From Squatina squatina (lineage: Eukaryota), in assembly GCA_031763465.1 (NCBI GenBank), contig JARFOE010000176.1, positions 7,898,427-7,941,710 of the forward strand: a stretch of 43,284 nucleotides of DNA. The letters run 5' to 3'. Numbering within the stretch: the stretch's first letter is position 1; the number at the start of each line of letters is the position of its first letter. The notes under the pieces were generated by a model. It was not told the DNA's origin. It searched no databases and saw only the letters and a program-made list of their open reading frames with translations. A program made the position numbers and the translations under genes. Below, one piece after another: positions 12,878 through 23,280 of the stretch.

Positions 12878-14742
12878 TAATAACAAAGTACAAAACTTAA
12901 TCAGAGTAACTTTTAGGTGTCTCGTATTTTATATAGATTGTTTTTAAAATTAAACTAACATCTCAAGAAACTGAATTAATATGTTTAGTGACATTTTTGT
13001 TCATTGTAATCATCGCTTCCGGGTAAAATTGATTTTGTGCAAAATAAAAAAAAGTAGCTGAAATGTTTGATTAAATTTGAGCTTCTTACAAGCAATATAG
13101 CATCCAGTATAAACTACAGTTTTCTAATAGCTTCTATCCTATTTAATAATTCTTATAGGATTAATTAAAATGTGTCCTTTGAGCAGAGTAGTGGTACATG
13201 GTGCACAGCAACTTCAAGTAGGGAAGGTGGAAATATGAAGAGAAAGGATACACTGTCATACGAGTTGAAGTAGGAAGTCAAAGTTCAGGACATTGAAAAT
13301 TTTTTTAAAGTTGAGCAATTTGACACTTAGAANNNNNNNNNNTTATATTTGCTTCAGGAGGAGAGGCAAACAACTTTTTAAAATTGGTTTTACATAGTCT
13401 TTTACACCTTCTTCTTCTTATTAGATCTACCAAGACAGCAAATCTAATTATTAGTATCATAACATTCAAATGTTGGCATATTTAATTTACTTGTTAGAGC
13501 ACAAAAAGGACCAAAAATTCAATGCAAGTTACAGGGACCAATTTCCTACGTTTAATGCCCAGGGAATGCCTATTCCTTGTGTGCAATAGTGAGCAAAAGA
13601 GGACGAAGAGTTTTGCAGAATCCTGGGTTTCCCCGAGGGATGGAACAGTCTGTGAACTGTAATATGTGCACGCCATATTGAGAGGAGGTGCTCCCGGCTC
13701 TCCTGTCTCACTTTTCCTGTCATTGCCCTGGGAAAGTGCTCTGATACAGGGGTGTCCAAACAAGTTGCTAGTGAGCCTTGAACACCCCCTCCTTCAGATC
13801 AGAAAATTTGAGGGGGGCTAGGCAACAAGGTGGAAAGGGTCCCTGCAACAGCAGCCAAAAGATCCTAAAGCCGTCTCACAGCTTCAGGCCTTTTCAGATC
13901 GNNNNNNNNNNACACTTCTTCTCTTTCTGATTCCCAGTGTAGAGTCCCACCGGGACTCAACCAAGGATGCAACCAGGCCATATTCAAATTTGGACAAGGG
14001 GTGTAGAGGGGCCATAAATATCAACCCCATAGTCTTAGACTGAAATATGTTCACTTTGTCCTACTGTTTTAAGGCAAAGATTCGGGTTTATATAATGAAG
14101 TCTTGTACAATCCATTATCTATTGGTTTTGTGGGCCCAGCAGATATGAACATTTGTTGGGAACCCAGCTTGACTCCTTAAGTTATGTAACTGGCAAATAG
14201 TGCAACATTATATAACACAGACTTCAAACTTCCATTGGCCGCAACTCCAGTATTTCAGTCAGAGTTATGCCCGCTAATGCCCTCCAGTGCTGATCCTTTC
14301 AGAGCCCTAATTAGCATGGGACCAGCACAGTCCTAAGCTGCTAGAAGATCCAGCCTCTACTGCTAGGTCTTAGTTTGGGGGTTGGGGAAATGGCGTCAGG
14401 GACTGGAACAACTCAAGATAAGCCCCAAGTGGCTCCATTTGTAAGGGGGCTTTGTTAACCCAAAAATATTCAACCTACTGTAGTCTTCAGGGTTTTAGGG
14501 TGCTATCCTGGCCTAGATCTCCATGGTGTTTCCAGTTGACACCTTGAAGAGTTACACCAAATCCCTGCCAGATCAAGGATACAGGTGCTGTTGTATGGGG
14601 CAGATGGAGATTCTGCCCTTTACAAAGCCCCACACATATTGGGAGTGCATCCTGGTTCCGGCCTGTTCTCTACCCTTTCTGTGTTATTCTCACTGATGTT
14701 GCCACAAGGATGCAACAGAAGATTGGTGGAACTTCGGCCCCA

Positions 14743-14949
14743 CAATGGCATGTTGGCCTTTATTGCAAGGGGATTAGAATGCAAGACTAAGGAAGTCTTG
14801 CTGCAATTGTACAGGGCTTTGGTGAGACCACACTTGGAGTTTTGGTTTCCTTTTCTAAGAAAGACCATACTTGTCTTAGAGGTGGCGCAACGAAGGCTCA
14901 TTCAATTGATACCTCCAGTGAGGAGAGATGGAGTAGATTGGGCCTCACT
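14743..14949 (+). mobile_element. CR1 LINE ORF2 fragment
   Basis: NGMLAFIARGLECKTKEVLLQLYRALVRPHLE-FWFPFLRK...LEVAQRRL. Confidence 0.85.
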
Positions 14950-15259
14950 NNNNNNNNNNNNNNNNNNNNNNNNNNNNNNNNNNNNNNNNNNNNNNNNNNN
15001 NNNNNNNNNNNNNNNNNNNNNNNNNNNNNNNNNNNNNNNNNNNNNNNNNCGGACGTGAAGGTATGGCATCCTTTTGCATCAGAGAGAGATAATATAACAA
15101 GATGATGCCAGGCAGCATGGTGCAACAATTGGTCATCTTCAGCACGTCTAGTGACCCCTTCATTTATCAAAGGCTTCGACCTCACTGGTGGCAGAAGCCG
15201 CAGCCCTGGATCATACTCGGAGCGGTCTGACAGGAAGGCAACATCAAATGAGGTACAAT

Positions 15260-15370
15260 CGGCGAGTGCTCAGATTCCAGGTCAGCAAGACCAGTATGTG
15301 GGCATTGACAAAATAGCCGGCTTCCCGAGGGTCCACGGTGCCATCGATTATATCTGCCAAGCACAGTAGG
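15260..15370 (+). mobile_element. PIF/Harbinger transposase (HARBI1-like) remnant
   Basis: IAGFPRVHGAIDYI at 15313-15354 resembles the Harbinger motif (A)GFPxVxGAIDCTH around the first catalytic Asp. The flanks are relatively CpG-rich and there is no intact ORF. Confidence 0.65.
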
Positions 15371-15941
15371 TGAGAAGACAATCCCTCCTCGCTCACCAAC
15401 GATCTATGCTCTGAATGAACTAAGCAGTGCTTGTGTCTGCAGAATGATCCCCTTTTAAGGGCTGAGGTGTCATGATACTTGATATGACCTCCTTACATCG
15501 GACGCAGAATTGATCTGCTGAAAAAAACTTAAGTGTCATTCGTCCCGATAGCGCTGGCTTTTAACACAGGTTTTTAATCTGCCCCAAAAAACTTTTTCTA
15601 AGAGACCAATTCTGCACCTTAAAATAATGGTGCAAAACAGGCACAAAATTTATTTGTCATCCCATATAGCCACAAACTGAAAATATACCAATTGGGAGCC
15701 CGTAGTGTATAAACAGTGTCTTATTGTAGAGTGACACATATATTTAGTATTCAGGGCATTAATGCTATCTATAAATAAAAGCCAGAATAACACAAAAATC
15801 TGCCTGGGGCAGTACTGGTTACTGGATTATATGCTTTGAAAGTTCTAGTTCTCTTGCTCAAAATGGACCATTTAGCAGGAATTCCATTGAATGAGCTGCC
15901 ATCTGTGAAACATTAACCCAAGGACCTCCTTCTCTTTTCAG

Positions 15942-15980
15942 GCTGGACAATTTGCTTAATATGGCCTATGGCGTAAAGAG
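15942..15980 (+). CDS. elavl4: HuD 39-nt alternatively spliced hinge microexon
   Basis: Acceptor ccttctcttttcag|G and donor AAGAG|gtaatt. Symmetric phase 2-2. Translates (R)LDNLLNMAYGVK(R), the known 13-aa neuronal Hu hinge cassette. Confidence 0.96.
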
Positions 15981-17037
15981 GTAATTAGAACTCCACAGAC
16001 TGCCAGATGCCCATGTTGGCACAGATTGTTGTTAATTTATTTTGACTAACTTTTTAATTTCTTTCCGCCAGCATGTCAAACTTTTGTTTCAGATTTCAGT
16101 TCCTTTTGGTTCTTTTTTTTTAAAGACACAACTCTTTTATTTACACACTCCTTTAATTTGCAGGTTGTTTTATTTAGTTGATTCAGGTGCAGCAGCTACA
16201 AATGAGATAGTACCAAAAATGCTGGTTACTGCTGCTGATTAAACTTAAAGGAAAAGATAACTGCACTGACCCAGTATCTCAGTCAATGAGGAGCAAACAT
16301 GCAGCAACCTACCATTTGTACACCCTTAATATATTTCTCTCTTATGAAATGTATTACTTATTGGAAATGTTAGAGAATTTTTCATAAATTTTTCAGTTGA
16401 ATAAAGAAAGCTGTGTGCACCTCTATCACTACATTTGGAGTTTTTACAGTTCTGTTCTTTTCCCAGCATTTTCTGTTTTATTAGTAAGATTAAGTTACAT
16501 TGTGATTTACTAGGGCTTCAAACACAGTGTTGCAAATTTTAGGGTTACATTGAGTCCTTTTTTATATAAGAACTATACAAATAATGGGAAAGGGTGTTAG
16601 AACAGAAGTAATCAACCATTGTTTATTTTAAACCAAATTTAAACTGTTGTATTTATCACATTTGCAATAATTCTGTAATTTATATGTATTACACAAAAAC
16701 TTCAAGGTTAAATACTTGTGTGTGGAAAAGCTGAGTTTGAAGCCCCAACAAACTAAAATATTTTTTTCTCAGAATGACTACTGCTTTTCAAAGACTTTCA
16801 TGAAAAAATATTCCAGAGAAAAGTGCAAAAATGAAATTCCTAATTCTGAACTGTTTAGATAAATGCAAGAAAAATATAAAAAATAAAAATATTTATTAAA
16901 ATCTAGTAGCAAGATAATTATTGTATTCAATGTTGGCCTTAGTTTGTTAAAGGTTGATCTAATCTCGTTAAGTGTATATCCAAAGTGCCAAATTTACCAG
17001 TTATAGGTTGATTGAATCTCATGTATATCCAAAGTAG

Positions 17038-17385
<348 letters not shown>

Positions 17386-18471
17386 AGTGCAGATATAGTG
17401 TCACACTCGAACAAATGGAACTTTAAAAGGCTTATACTAAAAATGGACTTCATAAGCCAGTGTTGCCTAAGTATTAACATAGGATATCCTGTGATGAAAC
17501 AGGAAGTGATTTTATAATGCTAGAAAACTTTGATGCATTGAATGTTCTTTCATAGCTGTTGTTGTTCAATATACATAGATAAAATGCGCNNNNNNNNNNN
17601 NNNNNNNNNNNNNNNNNNNNNNNNNNNNNNNNNNNNNNNNNNNNNNNNNNNNNNNNNNNNNNNNNNNNNNNNNNNNNNNNNNNNNNNNNATAAAATGCGC
17701 AGGAATTTTTACCCAGCCTGCTACTTTTTCTACCTTCTTTGAAGGTGGACCTTTTTAAGTCAACCATTCACGTTTAAAAAAAAAAAGAAAAATTTGACAT
17801 TTTTACAAAAAAAAAATTTCAAAAAGAATACATCCAAATTGATTAGTTAAACTGCCCCCCTCTGCGCAAAGAAACAGATCTGCTAAAGCGCTTTTGCAGA
17901 CGTTTCAGTTATTCCCTTTTCTTTGTATCATGTAAACATAAAATATTTCCTGGTTGGGAAGGGGAAAAGGGGGACACCTGATGACATGACTTAATTTAAA
18001 CAATGTTGCCAAAGAGATGGTCTCTTTGCTGAAAATGGGTTTCAAAAGATCTATTTTTATAAAAAAAAGGGAGAATTTTTACAGGATCTGGATTTGAAAA
18101 AATATTTTGACTGGCTAATATGGGGGAAAAGGACAACTTTGTCACGTTCATACTGTACTGGTACTTTTTAGGATCAAGATGTATGTTTTAAATTGGGCTG
18201 TAGATTGTTTTCTGAACGATGGAAAAAAAACAGATGATGTTCATATCTTTCATAACATAATGATAGGGAGTGATCTCCCCAGGCACACCGTTCCCCACAG
18301 TCAAAACCCAAAAGCAAGGAGATTAGTTGCTAGACAGTTTTTTTTAAGTCATCAGTAACAGCCGGGCAATATCATTAAAATTGCTGAAATTTTTTCCTAA
18401 AAATAAATGTCAAAACTTCCTTAGTTGAAGCAGTAGTTAGGTGCTAATGAGATTACATATCTTGAACTCTA

Positions 18472-18477
18472 AATAAA
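18472..18477 (+). terminator. Candidate proximal poly(A) signal of elavl4
   Basis: AATAAA followed about 35-60 nt later by gttacttgtttgtgttgaatttgttg. Another AATAAA lies at 18402-18407. Confidence 0.45.
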
Positions 18478-19136
18478 AACATGAACATTACTTGTTTTAT
18501 CAGAACTGATGTTACTTGTTTGTGTTGAATTTGTTGAAGACTTTGATTNNNNNNNNNNNNNNNNNNNNNNNNNNNNNNNNNNNNNNNNNNNNNNNNNNNN
18601 NNNNNNNNNNNNNNNNNNNNNNNNNNNNNNNNNNNNNNNNNNNNNNNNNNNNNNNNNNNNNNNNNNNNNNNNNNNNNNNNNNNNNNNNNNNNNNNNNNNN
18701 NNNNNNNNNNNNNNNNNNNNNNNNNNNNNNNNNNNNNNNNNNNNNNNNNNNNNNNNNNNNNNNNNNNNNNNNNNNNNNNNNNNNNNNNNNNNNNNNNNNN
18801 NNNNNNNNNNNNNNNNNNNNNNNNNNNNNNNNNNNNNNNNNNNNNNNNNNNNNNNNNNNNNNNNNNNNNNNNNNNNNNNNNNNNNNNNNNNNNNNNNNNN
18901 NNNNNNNNNNNNNNNNNNNNNNNNNNNNNNNNNNNNNNNNNNNNNNNNNNNNNNNNNNNNNNNNNNNNNNNNNNNNNNNNNNNNNNNNNNNNNNNNNNNN
19001 NNNNNNNNNNNNNNNNNNNNNNNNNNNNNNNNNNNNNNNNNNNNNNNNNNNNNNNNNNNNNNNNNNNNNNNNNNNNNNNNNNNNNNNNNNNNNNNNNNNN
19101 NNNNNNNNNNNNNNNNNNCTTGTTAATAATCTTTTC

Positions 19137-19142
19137 AATAAA
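19137..19142 (+). terminator. Candidate poly(A) signal of elavl4
   Basis: AATAAA followed by the GU-rich tract cgttgttatggttaatgtgcttattttgtg. Confidence 0.55.
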
Positions 19143-19611
19143 GTTGTCTTAATAGTATCGTTGTTATGGTTAATGTGCTTATTTTGTGCATTTCTCCATG
19201 CTAAACCCACTAACTGCATGTAAAGGAAATAGTTTTACATTGAAGGTGGACTTATAGTGAGCAAGTGTGTAAGAATGAATCATATATAACTTATCACTTT
19301 AAAAATGCTAGACTAAAATTTAATAGAACCCTCATGCAATGTTCAGGGATTATATTACCATCTGCTGTGAATGAGCTGAATTGCTGGGAGAGTTTGCTGC
19401 ATTTACTAAGCATTAGTGGGGAAGGCATGTAAAAGTTTCTCTACAATGTGTTTGTTTAATTGGAATATTTCTAGGACCAGGCAGTAAAATTCACTTCAAT
19501 AATTATGAATGACAATGTTAGCATAGCTAATTTAGATTATTTCTGAAAACAGCTGTAAATGTTTTTTCATAAAACTGTTGTGTTGAATTATTTGTACTTT
19601 TAATGTCAAAC

Positions 19612-19617
19612 AATAAA
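19612..19617 (+). terminator. Candidate distal poly(A) signal of elavl4
   Basis: Upstream TGTA motifs (CFIm type), then AATAAA, then a strong GU/U element gtgttttttttgtgtttt about 35 nt downstream. Confidence 0.6.
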
Positions 19618-21859
19618 CTGAAGTGTGCAGAATACTGTGTTCTACTTGCCGTGTTTTTTTGTGTTTTCACATTTNNNNNNNNNNNNNNNNNNNNNNNNNN
19701 NNNNNNNNNNNNNNNNNNNNNNNNNNNNNNNNNNNNNNNNNNNNNNNNNNNNNNNNNNNNNNNNNNNNNNNNNNAGGCTAACTGGTCTATAATTCCCCAC
19801 ATCAGTGTTGGATCTGGACAGATCGCAAATGCGGTTATGCAAGCTTTCGATGAACAGCCCCATAACCGGCTTTTGCGATGGCCGGCTGCATGGGAACATG
19901 CAACCTGATATAAACTTTTTCAGTTACTCCACTGAATGGAATCGTGGTCACTTATATGATGTTTTAATACTAGATTTTTAACAGTTCAGAACCAATAGAC
20001 AAATCATATAAAGTATAAAATAACTTCTGAAAATATCCCAGTTGACAAGTAAAAAAGAATTAGCATATTTGTTTTAGCCAAAAGCAAACTGACAAAGCAA
20101 ATACTGCACTAGGATCATTGATTTAATTAATTCTTTGTCAATCTAAAGCCATAAAATCCAGGAGGGATGTTGCAGTAATAAGCTCAAAGCTGTGCAGCAC
20201 AATGATGCAGACTCTTCCTCTTAAAGCAAGATACTCTGTGTCAGATTTTGTGGCGAGTGCTCTGAGGCAGATTTTTCCAACCTCGTGAGATCAAGATGCT
20301 CCACTCCGCATCCCGTCATGGAATCAGGCTCCAATTGAGTGTATTGTAACATAAAGCAACAAGAAGTATACAAAAGGATTTCCTCCCAATTAAGTGGGTG
20401 GGAGAACAGGGAAACCTCTGGAAGCTGATCAAAGTAACCAAAAATTGAAAACACATTCAAGCATTCATTCCAGTTCGTTAAGTATGAACTAAATCTGAAA
20501 ACAGACTAATTATGCAGAAGCAACCAATCTCACAATTTCTTTGCACTCTGCATACAATGAGAACTGCTTTGTATAATTTACAAGGGTTTTTCATTAACAT
20601 TGCGATTGGAGGCTTCCTGCATGCGGCTGCCTCCAATCGCAAAAGAACTTACATACGTACCGAAGGGTCCTGGATCCACGGGAGTTTGCGATATTCAGCC
20701 CCCCGGGTTGGAGATTCGGTGCGGGGCTGCCTAGGTTCCAGGGCAAGTCAAACTGCAGAGGCTGGAGAGGTTACATGGGAGGCCCCAGCCAATCAGGTAG
20801 GTGTATCTTTNNNNNNNNNNNNNNNNNNNNNNNNNNNNNNNNNNNNNNNNNNNNNNNNNNNNNNNNNNNNNNNNNNNNNNNNNNNNNNNNNNNNNNNNNN
20901 NNNNNNNNNNATTTGTTCTGTATAGCAACAATACCACGACATTCAATCACCCAGAAGCTGCAAGCCATAAACTTACTCCACTGCTTTATTAGAAAGGCAG
21001 GCCCATAAAAATTCATCAGGATAATGTAGAGATGAAGCTCGTGTGAACTGCCATCCAGCAATCAACCAATCACTCATACCATGGCATTTACAGCACATCT
21101 CATTCCCCAGTTCCTTAAGGACAATTGATTTTCCTGATTCCATTAGCATAACAGCAAGGAAAATGACTGCAGTGCAATATTTTTGGAAAGTTCCAGAAGT
21201 ATGCAGTGCATCAGAGTGTAACCATGATAATAAGCAAGTGCACTGCAGTAACACTTCATAAAATAACAGCACAAGTAAGACAATAGGGAAACTTTTTAGC
21301 GAATAAATATAATTTCTAAAGAACCTAATCAGTAGACAACATCTAGCAGCCCATCAGCATTTTCATATACTGCAGATTTCTTATTCACATTCCAGAATGC
21401 CGAGCTGGCTGATATATTTTATTTTTATTATGAAAAGGCATTACCCCTTGGGGTTACAAGAGAGACATGAATATTCACAATACCCTCATCATCTTATGCG
21501 AAAGAGAAAATTCTATCAGCTATATTTATAGCAAATTCTTGCAATATGCATTAAGCAGATGACTACATTTGTTAAACAGTAGACTTATTGCTTCCTACAG
21601 GAAAGCAAAAATATAATTCTTATCCTTAATGTGAGTAGCTAAATGCAAGGCTAACTGTAACTGTGCCAATCAACAAAACTAGTTTTAACAATTGAAAAAA
21701 TACATATAGTAGATATGGGCTTGCAGCTAAAAGAATTGAGATCTATACAAAACTAAGCATAGCTCGAATTCGAGAGCTGTCAGTCACCCAACCTATTTGC
21801 ATCAGCTGAGCAAGTTTACTCATATCGCTTCCATGCCTCGAGATCATCACATGGACATG

Positions 21860-22025
21860 AGGTGGGTGGAATTCATCTTCAGCGTTAGTGTAAAACAGGC
21901 GATAGCGAATTGGCTGCCCGTATTACACGCCACCCAATTTTTATTTTTATTTTCATTGACTCCAAGTGGGCTGCAAATTCGCCATCACTCATTTTGTACT
22001 ATTGCCCAAGGCGAATTTCACTCCC
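21860..22025. mobile_element. Degenerate MITE-like hairpin related to 9011-9155
   Basis: Imperfect terminal inversion (gggtggaattcatctt / aaggcgaatttcactccc) and an internal pair gcgaattggctgccc / gggctgcaaattcgc. Shares tagtgtaaaac(a/t)ggc(g/a)ata with the 9011 element. Confidence 0.55.
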
Positions 22026-22219
22026 GAGATCTTCATCAGGGAGAGGACAGGGATGGGAAAGAGTGAAATGGAGGGGGGGGGGGTGGGGTTGGAGCGAGGG
22101 TAGGTAGGCGTANNNNNNNNNNNNNNNNNNNNNNNNNNNNNNNNNNNNNNNNNNNNNNNNNNNNNNNNNNNNNNNNNNNNNNNNNNNNNNNNNNNNNNNN
22201 NNNNNNNNNNNNCCCGGAT

Positions 22220-22515
22220 ACAACTGAATGGCTTCCTAGGCTACTCCAGAGGGTAGAGAAGAAAATTTTTAGACTGGAGTCACACATAGGATAGACCAGG
22301 GAAGGACAGCAAGTTTCCTTCCCTAATCCAGATATTGAACCAGTTGAGTTTTCACAACAATCTGACACCTTCATGGTCACTTTTATTGATATTAGCTTTT
22401 TATTTCAAGATTACTAGCTTTTTATTTTTAGATTTTTTTTTTATAAACTAAATTCAAATTCTCAAACGGTCATGGTGAGATTTGAACTCACATTCTTTGT
22501 ATTATTAGTCCAGCC
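22220..22515 (-). mobile_element. tRNA-derived SINE, decayed
   Basis: The - strand has ctggactaataat...gagttcaaatctcaccatg (B-box-like), then gaccatgaa, gattgttgtgaaaac, agggaaggaaac and tgtgactccag, a body I recall from a common shark SINE. Confidence 0.55.
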
Positions 22516-23177
22516 CCAGTTCCCAAACAGAAACTGATTTTATACCATGAGACCAGATTTCTACTTCGCATAGCGTTGGTACCAATGCAAACAAAATTTA
22601 ATTGAATTCACTTATATTTTTAATGATAACCAAAACACTTGCTCAAAAATCAGGTAAATAAATAAGGTGCACAAACTTGTTTTTAAAGAAGTGTTTTAGG
22701 TTATCCAACATAGATACAGCATCCAGTCAACTGAAAATTTGTAAATCACAAACACAGCTAGCATTTTGATTTCTGGCTATCTACACTATGCCCACGTTTT
22801 TAAAAATTCCTGCCGAGAAGCCGATTTTATTATGCTAGGAATGTTCCATTGTACAATTTGTAGTTGTTTTTATAGCTCAGTTAGGTTTGACTGCTGTAAT
22901 GTACTTTTACAATACTGTAATATACTTAAGCACATCAGCATTCCTTTACTAATTCTGTATATTTTACAATTAGCAATTCTTGTGCAACTACTCTAGAAGA
23001 ATTGCTGCAGTGCAAATTATAAACAGATAGAAGGCAACACAAGATGATCTCTGTAGAAATGCCTAAATGCAATTTTGCTGAAAAAATCTAAAACCCTTAT
23101 TTAGATCTGTTTCTACTGTATTTTCTGTCTACAGAGTAGTACATTTAACTAATGAACTTAGAGTACCTACTTAGAAA

Positions 23178-23280
23178 AAAAAACTTGCACTTATATGGTG
23201 CATTTCATGACCTCAGGACGTTCCAAAGCACTTCAGTCAATGAAGTACTTTTGCAGTGTAGTCACTGTTGTAATGTACAA
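23178..23280 (-). mobile_element. Deu-type SINE (or partner L2) 3' tail fragment
   Basis: Aligns with 39735-39840 (gacctcaggacg, caatgaagtactttt, gcagtgtagtcactgttgtaatgta). Confidence 0.7.

Larger units (their letters stand above)
17386..19645 (+). other. elavl4: elavl4 3'UTR (long, A/U-rich; end inferred)
   Basis: Follows the TGA at 17383-17385. No recognisable transposon sequence, A/U runs, and several AATAAA signals with downstream GU-rich tracts. Interrupted by two N gaps. Confidence 0.6.

Noticed and set aside
22069-22110. G-rich tract with G-quadruplex potential
   Set aside because: A low-complexity run beside a gap, with no supporting context.
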